64,000 nt of DNA, from assembly GCF_006345805.1 (NCBI RefSeq), contig NC_042997.1, positions 140,988,001 through 141,052,000 of the forward strand, read 5' to 3'. The DNA comes from Octopus sinensis (Eukaryota). Shown here one piece after another: positions 27,621 to 41,583 of the stretch. The notes below the pieces were generated by a model. It was not told the origin of the DNA. It made no database searches and saw only the letters and a program-made list of their open reading frames with translations. A program made the position numbers and the translations under genes. How positions within the stretch are numbered: position 1 is the stretch's first letter; each line of letters opens with the position of its first letter.

Positions 27621-28510
27621 TATTGTTGCTATCGTTGTTGTTGTTTGACTGCCCCTCCCCAACCCACCCCGGCCCGGACCCGATTTATTGGACCAATTAT
27701 AAAACAATTTTAATCATAGAATGTCAGAAAATAGACTGTCAAATGTCCTCTTGCTTTGTAAGATTTGTGTCTATGTGTGGTTATTTGAGGGTAAGTTACC
27801 TGATATTTCTTACACAGAAACAAGTACACATATACACACCATCAAATATACACACACATAAGTAAATAAATACATAGATATATATGGCATGTATTTATTG
27901 TACAAATACAAGTAGATAAATACATGCACATATATAAAGGTTTGCTATACAACCGTCTGGTTCCAGTTTCGAGTCCACTGGGTGGCACATTGGGCTGCTG
28001 TCATCTGCCGTAACTTCTGGCTGATGTCAATGACTTGTTAATGCAATTTAGTATGCACAAAGTATGTGGAATGCCGCTATGTGTGTGTGTGTCGCGGTAT
28101 TGACCAGGGCATCGAGCAAAGTGCAAGATGTCCGGATTTGTAGAGCAGCCGGTTTTATATATGAGTTAGCCTTCTAGAGGAGTACCTTGACAAAGACCAG
28201 GGTCCATCACTTCGAGCGAGCTTACCGCGCCCTCCGATATCAGCCCGAGCGTTTCTATGACCCGTCACCCGTAAGATAGTTGACCCATAGGTGGCACTCT
28301 GACAGTTGTTACTACTCCGAGTCAAAGTAGTCTTGGGAACAATAATGGCTAAGGAGTGCTTCCACACTTTTCAAGAATCTGGAACTCCTGAACGAAATCC
28401 CCACAACCGGATGCAGTTTAAACATCATATCCAGAACATACATACATACATACATACATACATACATACATACATACATACATACATACATACATACATA
28501 CATACATACA

Positions 28511-29057
28511 AACTGAAGATCAATGAAAAGGAGAATACCTACGCTGAACTACTGAGAAATCTGCAGTTACTCTATCCAGATTACAAATTCAGGTTTATAC
28601 CTGTAATTATTGGGGCACTAGGGTATGTAACATACTGCCCAAATATCAATCTTAAGAAGTTAAGCTTCTCAAAACCAGAAAAGAGGAAGCTGATTGGAAC
28701 ACTACAGATCCAGTCCGTTACTGGAACTGTAAAAATCTGTAAAACTTTCCAGACGTTTATCATTTAAATATATATGAGCATGTCTAGATATGCAACTATA
28801 TGCATGAGAATACACACATAAAGCAAAACATACAAATCTGCATACATACATACATACATACATACATACATACATACATACATACATACATACATACATA
28901 CATACATACATACAAGCGTACATACATACATACATACATACATACATACATACATACTCTGTTGTTGATGTTGAAATTCCAATGAAGGAGACTTGGATCT
29001 ATATTGGAAATCTGCTCTTTCTCTATTGGCAAGAAATATTGAAATAAACTGAATAAT
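28511..29057 (+). mobile_element. 5'-truncated R4/Dong-like LINE 3' end embedded in (CATA)n
   Basis: KLKINEKENTYAELLRNLQLLYPDYKFRFIPVIIGALG..LQIQSVTGTVKICKTF*; the segment 28958-29057 recurs at about 15335-15430. Confidence 0.75.
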
Positions 29058-29074
29058 GACATGCATACATACAA

Positions 29075-29105
<31 letters not shown>

Positions 29106-29147
29106 CATACATACATACATACATACATACATTCAAGCGTACAAACA

Positions 29148-29181
<34 letters not shown>

Positions 29182-29627
29182 CATACATACATACATACAT
29201 GCATACATACATACATACATACATACATGCATACATACATACATACATACATACATACATACATACATGCATACATATATACATACATACATACATACAT
29301 ACATACACACATACATACATACAAGCGTACAAACATACATACATGTATCAGTTTTTAATATAAAAAATCTGCATGTATGGGCATGTGTATATTTTTACAC
29401 AGCATTTTTAAATGCTATATATTTCCCATTTCTTCACTCGTTGAGTTCTTTATTCATGAAGTAAATCTTTCCAAAATGCTGTGCCAAAATATATGCATGT
29501 TCTCACGTACATGTTTGGGATATTAAAGACTAAGAAATTTGAGTGAAAATTAAGTATTTATGTTTTACTCCGTTGAGATTGAAATGTTTTGCATAAACGT
29601 ATGTACTGATGTATGTATGTATGTATG

Positions 29628-29659
<32 letters not shown>

Positions 29660-29884
29660 TGTATGTATGTATGCATGTATGTATGTATGTCTGTATGTAT
29701 GTCTGTAGGCATGTATGCATGTATGTATATTCACACGCACACGCACAGACACACACACATACACACACACACAAGTATGTATATTTGTATATTACATGCT
29801 CAGTCAGTGTTACTTTATTTCTAATCTATAAAAAAGCATGTATATCACTCTTTGTCTGTCTGTCTCTCTGCCTATATATACTTT

Positions 29885-30112
29885 TATTCTTTTATTTGTT
29901 TCAGTCATTTGACTGCGGCCATGCTGGAGCACCGCCTTTAGTCGAGCAAATCGACCGCAGGACTTATTCTTTGTGACCCTAGTGCTTATTCTATCGGACC
30001 CTTTTACCGAACCGCTAGTTGACGGGGACGTAAATACACCAGCATCGGTTGTCAAGCAATGTTGGGGAGGAAAGAACAAACATACACACACACACAAACA
30101 TATACACATACC

Positions 30113-30165
<53 letters not shown>

Positions 30166-30372
30166 GACAGGTATATATATATATATATATATATATGACA
30201 GGTATATATATATATATATATATATACGACGGGCTTCTTTCAGTTTCCGCCTACCAAATCCTCTTTCAAGGCTTTGGACGGCTCGAAGCTATAGTAGAAA
30301 ACACTTGCCCAAAGTGCTACGCAGTGGGACTGAACCCGGAGCCATGTGGTTGGTAAGCAAGCTACTTACCAC
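29885..30372 (-). mobile_element. Bipartite SINE with internal (CA)/(TA) tract
   Basis: On the minus strand a tRNA-like head (ggttcagtccc) and a CORE-like ttgggcaagtgt block; homologous to 62107-62510 and 53672-54000. Confidence 0.8.
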
Positions 30373-30987
30373 ACATCAGTTTATATATACGTGTGCGTAT
30401 GCATTTTCAACCCTTATAATGCTTAAGATATCTATAATATATCACATATTGAACAGAAGCCTACTGTGGATATCCCTATTGATTTTTCATTATATTTAAT
30501 CGATATTTGCTCTCCACCTGTCATACCAATCACTTCAATATTTACTTTCCTTAACTGTTCAAATACGCGTATATAATTTTTTGGTTGTTTTCAGAATGAT
30601 TTGAAAAGTTTTGTTAAGGAAACTTCGAAGATATGACCTTCTTGAAAATCAAATATTCCAGCCTGACTTATGCATTCATAAATTTAATATATCTCTCTTT
30701 ATGTAAATGCATACTCGCACATGCGCTCACACAAACACATACGCAGATATGCATATACGTACATCTATATCAGTGTGTGTGAGCTTGTGCGTGCGTACAT
30801 AGACACACGCACACGCACACACACATTCATACACACATCCATACACACACATATGATATCAATAGTATAGATACGTTTATGATAAATATATACATATATT
30901 CACACATACACACACAAATATATATATCTAAGTCCATACATATGCATATATTGATACATATATGTACTGATATAAATATATAATTAG

Positions 30988-31023
<36 letters not shown>

Positions 31024-31061
31024 CAGCATGGTGGTATCTCGTAGATACATTAATTTATAAT

Positions 31062-31106
<45 letters not shown>

Positions 31107-31133
31107 CACACACATATATTTATATATACATAT

Positions 31134-31164
<31 letters not shown>

Positions 31165-31347
31165 TATATATATACATATATATATGTATATATATATATA
31201 TACATATCTATATATATGAATATAACAATTTAGGAGTGACCCTAACAGGTCATTCGTCCACCAGAAAGAGCAGCCATAACTCACACCGCCAAGTAGTAGT
31301 AATTCAGAAATTAGGTGAAAATTTAAAAACATTTACCCTAATTCATC

Positions 31348-31445
31348 TTTTAGACGTTGCAACGTTTCTGTGTCATTAATGATTAAATTAGCTTAATTAA
31401 ATTAAATTAAGCTAATCTACCATAGGTTACACTTCATCAGTAAAA
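31348..31445 (-). ncRNA. Mirror copy of the 31637-31734 hammerhead
   Basis: Left arm of the palindrome. Confidence 0.75.
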
Positions 31446-31636
31446 AACCTGGGAGAGACAAATATACACGAGGCGTCTGTATCGATGCCTACGGAATATC
31501 TGTCTTAAAATTTTCAAGACTGACGTATTCGCGCCAAACTAAGTTTGGCGCGAATACGTCAGTCTTGAAAATTTTAAGACAGATATTCCGTAGGCATCGA
31601 TACAGACGCCTCGTGTATATTTGTCTCTCCCAGGTT

Positions 31637-31734
31637 TTTTACTGATGAAGTGTAACCTATGGTAGATTAGCTTAATTTAATTTAATTAAGCTAATTTAAT
31701 CATTAATGACACAGAAACGTTGCAACGTCTAAAA
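31637..31734 (+). ncRNA. Type I hammerhead ribozyme with extended stem II
   Basis: tttta-CUGAUGA-A-GUGU..(ttagcttaat/attaagctaa hairpin)..ACAC-A-GAA-ACGUUGCAACGU-C-taaaa. Confidence 0.75.
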
Positions 31735-31999
31735 GATGAATTAGGGTAAATGTTTTTAAATTTTCACCTAATTTCTGAATTACTACTACTTGGCGGTGTG
31801 AGTTATGGCTGCTCTTTCTGGTGGGCGAATGACCTGTTAGGGTCACTCCTAAATTGTTATATTTATATATTTAGTCGATGACTATTTTCTCTTTTCCACC
31901 AGGCCGCTGGTAGCGATAAATTTCTATTGAATTTTTTTGCTACCCTAAATTGACTAATTGATAATTATCTATATATATGTATATATATATGTATATACA

Positions 32000-32033
<34 letters not shown>

Positions 32034-32302
32034 CATATATATATATACATATATATATATACACACATATATATATATATATACATACATATATATATAT
32101 GCATATATGTATGAGTATATATACATATATATATATGTATATACATACATACATACATACATACATACATACATACATACATACATACATACATACATGG
32201 TTAATCCAAAAAAAGAAGAAAAATGCGAGAAGAAAAACCAACAATTCAAGGATGTGGTACATGCAAAGTATTAACAGACATTCAGGGAAGGAAAGAAAAT
32301 TA

Positions 32303-32337
32303 GTTTTACGTTTCGAGCAAAGCTCTTCGTCAAAAAC
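32303..32337 (-). ncRNA. Minimal hammerhead copy with C3U change
   Basis: GUUU-UUGACGA-A-GAGC-UUU-GCUC-GAA-ACGU-A-AAAC; same family as 43580-43614. Confidence 0.55.
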
Positions 32338-32775
32338 AGGAGACAGAGGGGAGTCCTACTGAAAAAGAAGACAGAGGAAAAAATCGCCAACAATCCACAT
32401 GTAGTTACATTTTGAAAGTATACATACATACATACATACATACATACATACATACATACATACATACATACATACATACATACATACATGCACACATACA
32501 TACATACATACATACATGCACACATACATACATGCATATGAATATATACTTATTAAAAAAAGTTTACAACCCCATTAACCTGACAAGGTATAAAATAGCA
32601 TGGACGGCTTAATATGGAATTCGTTAAAAGGCTGTCAATTTTGCATTTAAATAGACATATGTAAATGAAGTTATCCGACCCTTACACGTTTTTTGCGATA
32701 AAGCCTAAAACCTAAAGCGTAAATGTAAATGAATCTATATATCTACATACCTACGCATATATATACATGCATGCA

Positions 32776-32811
<36 letters not shown>

Positions 32812-33124
32812 TATATATTTGTATGTATGTATACATATATATATATATATATAAATACATACAAAAAACATATAAATCTCACTCTCTCTCTCTATCTATA
32901 TATATACATATATACACATGAATTTTTTAATATACATGTATGCACACACAATATATATATCACAATATTATTAGTAGTAAAAGTTGTTTGCCGGAGGAAA
33001 ATTGAAGTAGTCAATGCTTGTATTATAGATACATACACACATACATACACGCACACACGTGCATGCACGTGTACACACACGCACACACATGCACACACAC
33101 GCACACACACGCACACACATGTAT

Positions 33125-33735
33125 ATGGTGTTCCGCTAGGCCCTGTTTTGGAACCAGAACAGTCCATAATAGCCCTTCAGATATGCCCTAAGCCACACTG
33201 AAAACCATGACCACAAGTCATGCAGATGATACAAAAATCTCACATGTGATACAGAACACTGAAGATACTAAGCACTTGCAACGCGGGTTAGATGAAATAT
33301 ATAAGTGGGCTGAGAAGAATAGCATTCATTTAAAAGCTGAAAAGTTTCAAGTCTTCTGTTATAAACATGCAAAACTAAATGCAATACGAATTGAATACAC
33401 TTGAATTGGAGGGATTGGAATCCCAGAGACATAATGAGTGCGAGACCTGGGCATTTACATGAGTAATGATGCATCCTTCCATGTTCACGTTGCTAAGTCG
33501 GCAATGAAATGCAGGCGGCTGACCTGATGGATTCTTAGAACTTTTAGAACGAGAGATCAGGAAACTGTGATGGTCCTCTGGAGGACATTTGGCCAAAGCT
33601 TTGGCTATTGCTTTCAGCTATGATTACCAACCAGTGTAAACTTAATTGTAGAACTTGAGGCAATCCAACGAAGCTATACGAAGGAGACAGCCTCTATGTA
33701 GCATATAAGCTACCGGGAAAGACGCAAAAGATTTC
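33125..33735 (+). pseudogene. CR1/L2-like reverse transcriptase fragment
   Basis: GVPLGPVLEP..SHADDTKI..LQRGLDEIYKWAEKN..KAEKF (decayed GVPQG and YADD motifs). Confidence 0.8.
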
Positions 33736-33935
33736 AACGCATCTACAACAAATGACATATCCACCACAACCTTAGAACACCACACATGCAAATATTAAAA
33801 AAGATACGTTCAAAAGAGATACCCAAGAATTCATTAAAAACAGTCTCAATCACTGCTATAATCCACAACGAATCAATAACTTTTAGATCTCTTGACTATT
33901 TAACATCCTACTACTATCATACCATCCCATTCTCT

Positions 33936-34364
33936 CACATTTAAGTGGTAAAATATACTTCACATTGTAGTGCAGCTACTGTTTATACCTCATTCAGAGA
34001 TTTATTATTGCTTGTTTACACCCCTTCGAGATCAGTGACTTTTCGTCACTGGAAAAAGGATATATGTATTTGCATTGGGACCCCTTCGCATCGGAGACCG
34101 GTGATTGTCGTACGCTGAAGACGGGTAAATATTCAGAAACCCGGGTCCGTGCGTATCACGTCAGGTCGACGATGGAAAGGATGGCTTCCCTTTGCAAATA
34201 CTGATAGGACACAGAAAGTGTGTCAATAGTCAGCTAGAGATGTTCTCTTGGGGCTACAAACTACCGTGGCATCCACCTTTAGTGGTTAGCCACATTTAAG
34301 TGGCAAATATATTTCAGATTGTCGTGCAGCTACTGTTTATACCTCGTTCAGAGATTTATTATTG
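33936..34364 (+). repeat. ~355-bp unit bounded by ~75-bp direct repeats and containing a hammerhead
   Basis: 33936-34010 is about equal to 34291-34364 (cacatttaagtgg..tgcagctactgtttatacctc.ttcagagatttattattg). Confidence 0.8.
34109..34153 (+). ncRNA. Minimal type I hammerhead ribozyme motif
   Basis: CGUACG-CUGAAGA-C-GGGU-AAAU-AUUC-A-GAA-ACCCGGGU-C-CGUGCG; 6-bp stem I, palindromic stem III, GUC triplet. Confidence 0.75.
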
Positions 34365-34374
34365 ATTATCATCA

Positions 34375-34528
<154 letters not shown>

Positions 34529-34689
34529 GTGGTGAAAACTCACAGTTTATTATTTATGCTGGATATGATGGAAAGTGTCAGGTGTCCACAGCCAGCAGTC
34601 TAAGGTGACAATTATTGGTCATGTTTCAAGAACCCTGCTAGAGCGGGAACCACTTATTGGAGATCGTGACAGACACTCTCTACTGGCCT

Positions 34690-34990
34690 ACCTACCGTCG
34701 TATCGTCCAGGTTGAAAAGAGCCGTGATGCACCGAGCAACGCAGTCCACCTGGAGAGCGAATAAGAGGTGTGGCCAAAAGGATCGTCCTGTTGAACGCCG
34801 GTCGAAGATGACGTGACTTTATCTGTGCTGAGGAGCTTGCTCGGAATCCTGTACGACAGGTAAGCCAGTGGGTAGGCAGATGGGGCGCGGCTGAGGCAGG
34901 TCTGTAGCAAGTGGTCACGATGCAGACAGTTGAAGGCGTTTTTCAGGTCAAAATTGACAATGAGGTGTTTGGAGTCATTCGATGTTAACT
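34690..34990 (-). pseudogene. CRE-clade-like non-LTR RT fragment
   Basis: IVNFDLKNAFNCLHRDHLL..YRIPSKLL..SSTGVQQDDPFG (D..NAFN and GVQQGDPLG motifs). Confidence 0.7.
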
Positions 34991-36085
34991 CAGGGGAAGA
35001 GTTATTGAAAACTGTCCAGCGGCATGGGCAGCTCCCTCGTACTCGCTGGCTACGCCTACCCGCAAGCTATACCACGCTGAGTTCCTCGTCAAGTTCGGAT
35101 GCAACTGCAGAACAGTAAACTATGCACAATCGTAAATTTACTTCACTATTCTTCCATCACTATTTTGCTTGACATTTTGAAGTATATGTTTCATTTATGG
35201 GATCACAACAATCAGGAAGTGTTTTCTGCATTTGACAAAATCATTATGATAATATTTGTGTCGTGCTCACTACTGTATTTTTCCACCGAATAATGATTCT
35301 ATATGAACCCTTTTTGTTACCATGTTTTTGCTTCAATTAGTTAAGAAAATAACGAAGCATTAACTTAAATAACTTTGTCATTTCTAAAGCTAACGTTTGG
35401 AAGATAAATTAAAGTAAAATTTTAATGGAAGGTTAAATATAGATCAGTCTAAAACAGGATGTTTGTGGCATAAAACCAGAGGAAATCTTGGCGGATTGGC
35501 ATCAAAAAGGTTAATACTTCCTGCATTAAACATTCTCTTTGACCACTGACTCTCATTTCTTCCATGTGCATATCACCTGTATATATTATTATTTGGTAAA
35601 TATCAGTTCTGACCTGAACACATGTTAGCATTGTTTGGGTCTTTCATTCTCTTAAATCAGACGGAATTGGTCTCTCAAATTTATAAAGACAGGGTATAGC
35701 CGAGAAAATGAATTTCACTAGATTACCGCTAGTCATTTCATCGATCTCAGAGTGATGAAAAGCCAAGTCCATTTCGGTGGTAGTTTGAACTCAGAAATAC
35801 AAACAGACGCCACTAAATATCTCAAAGCAGTTAAGTTTCATGCTCTACCGTTTTCCAGGTTCCCCCATCTTTCTAGTGTTGATAAAATTAGCACCAATAA
35901 CATACGCGTGTTAAATTAATTAAATTCAATACACACACACACGCACACGCACACACACGCACATACTCAACCACTCGCTTTCACACATATGTACGTGTTT
36001 GGATGCCATACATATGTATAATATATATAAATGTATAACTACGTACATATAGATGTGTATTCATGTATATATATATATATATATA

Positions 36086-36124
<39 letters not shown>

Positions 36125-36128
36125 ATAT

Positions 36129-36187
<59 letters not shown>

Positions 36188-37849
36188 CCTATACTTATAT
36201 ACTTATGCACATACGCACACACACAAGTATATATATATATATATTACATGCAAAACTTTGTACTTAATCAAAATTAATCAATCTCTGAATCTCTAGATTT
36301 GTGCATCGCAGATCTAATTGCATGATTCCTGTGAGCGATGTCAGTTATTGAGTTTCTATAGCCATTTCACTTCAATTATGGCTCCAATACATTTGGTAAA
36401 CGCAGGAATTTCTTAACTTTCTATTTATCCTGACGCAAGAACACTTTTGAATTCACATCTATATAAGAAATAATTATTTGGATTTCTGTGGACAATAAAT
36501 CAAACCCAGTTGCTTTCAAATTAAAAGAAATCTCACGACAGTATCCTCGTTATGAAACTCAAATCTTCCATTTTGACGGAGATAATATATTTTCGACATC
36601 GTAATTCCATAACGCTTCGGAAAAAGACATGATTATGAGCGTTAAATATAATTACCGGCATTGCTATTTATTAGGATGAACTGCTATCCTATTTCATTTC
36701 GCGAAAACTGTTTAAAAGAAAACTGAGATGAGTTTTACAATTAGGCTACAACGAGCCTGAAAATATTTATTATCATCCTCTGATGCGGTTGTAAAAACTG
36801 CTATAATCTCAGCCATTATCTCTGACATACACCTCATAATCGAATACACTCAATGTTGTCTTATATATTTATTATAGATCTCTTAAACAATAAACCTATT
36901 TTTTAAAACTATATATCAAACAAAGAGATGCAATCTGAGTCTTTTTGTTTTCTTTTCGTATTCTGGGAAATGATATTATGATGAATATTGAGAATAAAGA
37001 TATTATCTTCTCGAAAGAAAATTTACTGGTAGATGACGACGTGATGTCATTACATACTGGAGTTGATTGATAATTCAGAAAGATAAAAAAATGATATTTG
37101 TAATTTTGTTGTTTGTTTTACTTTTCGGATTGATGCGATGAAATAATATCAAGATTTGTTTTATGAATAAATTTCTTAAATCGAATAAAATCAATTTATT
37201 TTAAGTAAATTTGCATGGAGAAATAATATTGAAAATACTAAATCTATTTATTTTCTTCGTTTTATTTTCCAGCTCTAAGAAAACAATTTACTTTACAACC
37301 GTGTTTAGAATGCGAATGATTTGTCATCAAACCATTACACTCGACTACTTCGCTATCTAATATTCAAGAAAAATAATTAAAAACCTTTCAGTAGTAAATT
37401 TTACCTCGAATAATGATAGCAAACTTGAAACACAGTCTGGTATGGAAAGGCTAGCGGAGAGCGTAGATTTTGAGCATTAATTGTTAAACAAACAATTGTT
37501 TATACACCAAAATTGCAATAGAACAACGAAAAATCGAGCCTACACTTGTTTAGAAGCTTCACAAAATTCTCATTAATCACACCACACAACTTAATACAAG
37601 GTTATACAACCTTTATAAGATTGAACAAAGAACTGAGAGCTACATAAAATTTTACTATTACCCACTAAGTGAACTGGTTACTATTGTGATGCATTGTAAA
37701 TTAAGAGATAATGCTTTCTAAAAGTGGCGGAAAAACAACCAATTTTGAAATAATGCACAATAGATTAAATCGATCCCAGTCTTGACCACAACTTATAGAT
37801 TCCAGAAAGACTACAGGGACACAAGGACACCACTTTTGAGGGAGAGTAC

Positions 37850-38330
37850 AATAAACAAAGAATGATCTATTGGAAACTTTGTGGAAGTTAAGGCCTAGAA
37901 AGATCAAAGACGTGGTATGACCAAATTCCAGAAGACGTTACTGAAAATGAGGATTGCAAAGTCCTATGGGATGCAACGAATTTAATGTGACCGTCAGATT
38001 AAACATCGAAAACCTGATATTGTTATATTGAACTGAAAAGAAAAAAAAACTTGCCTGATAATTGACATAGCATGTGCTGGTCACAAGAGAAGTGAAGAGA
38101 AAGAGGAAGTAAAAGGAAAAACTATGATGGATTGAAGGGTAGATACGCAGGTTGGGGCCAATGAAGAAAGTAGATGTGATACAAATAGTGATTGGTGCAC
38201 TTGGAAGTATCAGTACCCAATTACCAACATGACTCAAAAAGATTGGAACGAATATATAGAAAGAACACCTACAAAAATCATCACTGCAAGAGTACACTGC
38301 ATGGTTTTTTAAAGCGTGATCAGTAAACAA
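37850..38330 (+). pseudogene. R4/Dong-like RLE endonuclease fragment
   Basis: WYDQIPEDVTENEDCKVLWD..KHRKPDIVI..CLIIDIAC..VIGALG..LQKS. Confidence 0.8.
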
Positions 38331-38394
38331 GTGTCACCTTAGCTTGCTGTCTGTGGACAGCTGCCACATCCTATCATAGCTAGCTGCTGTTGAA

Positions 38395-38560
38395 ATTTAC
38401 AGAAAAATAAAAGACGAAGACAGGTGTATAAATGACAAACAGGTGCATTAGTTTAACGCTCGTGAAGGTGAGAAAGTCTTTGATGTTTCGAGCCTACGCT
38501 CTTCAACAGTAAGGTACACGAGGAGATAAACAGAGACAGAATAAAAAAAGATTTTCGAGC
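38395..38560 (-). mobile_element. Microsatellite-associated short repeat with CUGUUGA hammerhead-like motif
   Basis: Homologous to 49420-49590; motif at 38478-38513. Confidence 0.6.
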
Positions 38561-38814
38561 TATGTATGTATGTATGTATGTATGTATGTATGTATGTATG
38601 TATGTATGTATGTATGTATGTATGCATGTATTTGTGTGTGTGTGTGTGTGCCTTGTGTGCGCGCGCGCCCTCACATACAATCGAAGTGATATAATACAAT
38701 TGACGCAACTTTACTTTGTGGCTATGTATATTCTCGTGGTTTAAAGCAAAGATAGTAGGAATCAAATTGGTTGTGTTAGTAATGCAGTGATTTAGTACGT
38801 AACAGGCTTCATGC

Positions 38815-38847
<33 letters not shown>

Positions 38848-39139
38848 TTGTTCTTCAAATAAGCATTTTCTAGAAGGCACCTTCATTATCATTCTTGTGC
38901 GTCTTGTTTAAAAATGATGTAAGGATTACATTATGCAATGTCTTTTCCTTATTTAAGACAGCAGGGTATGGTTTGAAGGAGACTTAGCTGCTGTTTCTTG
39001 CATGTCGAGTGATTGCGTACAGGCTAAACAGTTGTATGGTTTAGTCCAAGGGCTGGTTATTGGTGTTTGTTACAGACATTTCAATTACTTTGCGGGGGAC
39101 TGTTGGCGGTTTAAAATGGTGATGATAATAACAATTACG

Positions 39140-39665
39140 AGTAGGAGGTGAAGTGGAAGAGGAGAAGGAGGGGAGTAAGGGAAGAGAAGAGAGGAGAAAA
39201 GGGGGGTGAGTAAGGAAAGAGAAGAGGAGGAAGATGAGAGGAAGGCGAGAGGACGAAGAGAGGAATAGAGGAGTAGAGGAAGTGGAAAGGAGGTGTATTG
39301 AGAAAACAAATAGGATGATAGCATTTACGAAGGCAACTGCAATGACAACGACGACGATGACGACGACTACGATGATGATGACGACAACGACCATGATGAT
39401 AAGGATCGAGATGCGGAGGTGGAGCACAAGAATGATAATGAAGGTGCGTGGGAGGAGGAATATAATGATGATGAGGATGATGCTGATAATAAGGAAGATA
39501 ATGATACTGATGACGATGGTGGTGGTAACGATGATGATGACGATGATGGTGATGATGATGATTATGATGATGATGATGATGATGATGATAATGATGATGA
39601 TCATGATGATGAGATGACGACGACGGCGATAGCGACAACAACGGCAATGGTGATTACGATAATGG
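39140..39665. repeat. Low-complexity GA-rich and (GAT)n tract
   Basis: Direct reading; it explains the poly-D/M/H/I ORFs. Confidence 0.9.
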
Positions 39666-40344
39666 TGCTGCTGTTGATGCCAATTATCTTTCCAACAAAC
39701 AATAGTCAACAACATTTTCTCTACACATGTATCTAATTTCTAAGCAATTTCTGAGGTCTTCTATTTTTTTTTTAAATTTCTTCCTTAAGGTGTAATAGAA
39801 AATAATAACGAGTGGAACATCGATGAATTTAATAATAAAATCAAAATATTGAAGAATCCGAGAAAACAAAAGGTAAAAAGCAAAAAATAAAGCAAAAAAC
39901 AAAAACAGAACAACATGACACAAAACAACACAATATAACAATATAAAGGTTATTGATATCCTCTAGAGAAGGTTAGGTTTTAATATTATTAATGTTGTCA
40001 ATGTTTTAATTTAATCTACCTCTCGTAGGAAATAATTAGGTGTTGTACAATATATCTAAGACACTTGGGAATTGAAAGGAAAAGAAGCTGCAATTGTGAT
40101 GCAGTGTAGTGAAATACCATGGTTATGCAGCTGAACATGGCTCCTGGCAGTAAAAAGCTTCATATTTCTCAAAATCAATTAAACATTCCAAATGGATACA
40201 ATTGCCGAGCGAAAAACGCTGAATGGTACTTATATCAATTCTTGTCAGCGTCGCCAAAGAAATTCTATTTAATCCCTGGAGTTTCTCATTGTATTTTCTA
40301 TGAGAATTGCTCTAGGATTCCGATGAACATTTTGGCCATCGTTT

Positions 40345-40435
<91 letters not shown>

Positions 40436-40714
40436 CATACATATACGTACATGCCTATATATGTATATACGTACACACATATATACATACACACACACAT
40501 ATATATATACATATATATATACTTACATATGCACATTCACATATATATATATATATATATATACATACACACATATATACATACATACATATATGCATAT
40601 ATAGATACATTTATGCATGTATATGTATATATAGCATAAAAGGAAAAGAAAACAATATATATTCCATCCAAGAATAAAATGCATTTAAAAGAAGAAACAG
40701 AAAAATATCGACTA

Positions 40715-41190
40715 GATTATGACAGAGATAACAGCTATCACCACGATCTCGAGACGGCTCCGGAACCTAGTGCACGTGTTTGTCATTGTATCTCGGGGAA
40801 GATTTTCGAACACCTCCTTCATCTTGGTCACCAGCTCGGCCTTGGTGTTACAGGCAGAGCGGTTGGTAGTTTTCTCAAATGCGCTCAACACGTAGTAATC
40901 CACGGGATTACAATCCTGTTGGGGATTAGGAAGCTAGAAACTGGGGCTGGTGAAGTCGTATAAATTCTCCGACAACCACTTCTAATTCTTTCCGGAGGTA
41001 TGGCAAAGAGCCGAATACCGCTACTACACATATGGCCTCCCAGCAGCAATCCTTTCCAGCGAAGGGTATCGATCAGCTTCACATAATCGTCTGAATTAAG
41101 CTTAAGACCCTGTTCAAAGAAGTGGAACGGCATGACATCATCTACACTGGAGATACACTCCAAAACCTTCACAATTTAGAAGAACTTAGT
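40715..41190 (-). pseudogene. Tc1/mariner DDE transposase fragment
   Basis: VMPFHFFEQGLKLNSDDY and PDCNP.DYYVLSAFEKTTN..NTKAELV..CTRFRSRLE. Confidence 0.8.
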
Positions 41191-41200
41191 TTTTACGTTG

Positions 41201-41583
41201 CGTGAGACATTACGTGGATTGTGAGCAAGTCACCTGTTGTTCTTGGCGTTGTGCGACTGGTCCTGCGAGAAATTCTTTTCAACTGAGAAGAACCAGATCA
41301 TCCCCGATTCAACCGTATTCCCCAGATTATTCAGGAGTTTCTTTGTCTTCATCAAGTAGTTCTAGGCTTTGGCTGTCAGAATCTCTCCCTTGCGACTCTT
41401 GTTTGAGTGGTAACGAAGGTCCTCATTTAGGGCCAGCTTCATGGTAGCGACTCCAACACTCATCTCTCTCGACAAAGCCCGGATTCACTTGTTCAGATCT
41501 TCCACCACCTTGTCTGGAGCTGCTGAATAAATTTCACACTGAACGCCTGTATCGGTGGCAGTGTGTCTATGTCGCGTCTTACA
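41201..41583 (+). mobile_element. Possible solo LTR
   Basis: (c)gtgagac..gtcttaca imperfect terminal inverted ends and AATAAA near 41526; no TSD found. Confidence 0.3.

Larger units (their letters stand above)
31212..31970. mobile_element. PLE-type terminal repeat forming a ~659-bp near-perfect palindrome plus ~100-bp unpaired tail, in (TA)n
   Basis: Centre at 31541 (aaact-a-agttt); arms 31212-31540 and 31542-31870 with about 2 mismatches; an HHR in each arm. Confidence 0.9.

Noticed and set aside
28702-29363. [12 protein letters not shown] repeat ORFs here and throughout the window
   Set aside because: Artefacts of stop-free microsatellites.
39041-39736. Long ORFs (224, 170, 127 and 105 aa) rich in His, Asp, Ile or Met
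   Set aside because: Translations of GA-rich and (GAT)n low-complexity DNA open in several frames; no domain or splice evidence.
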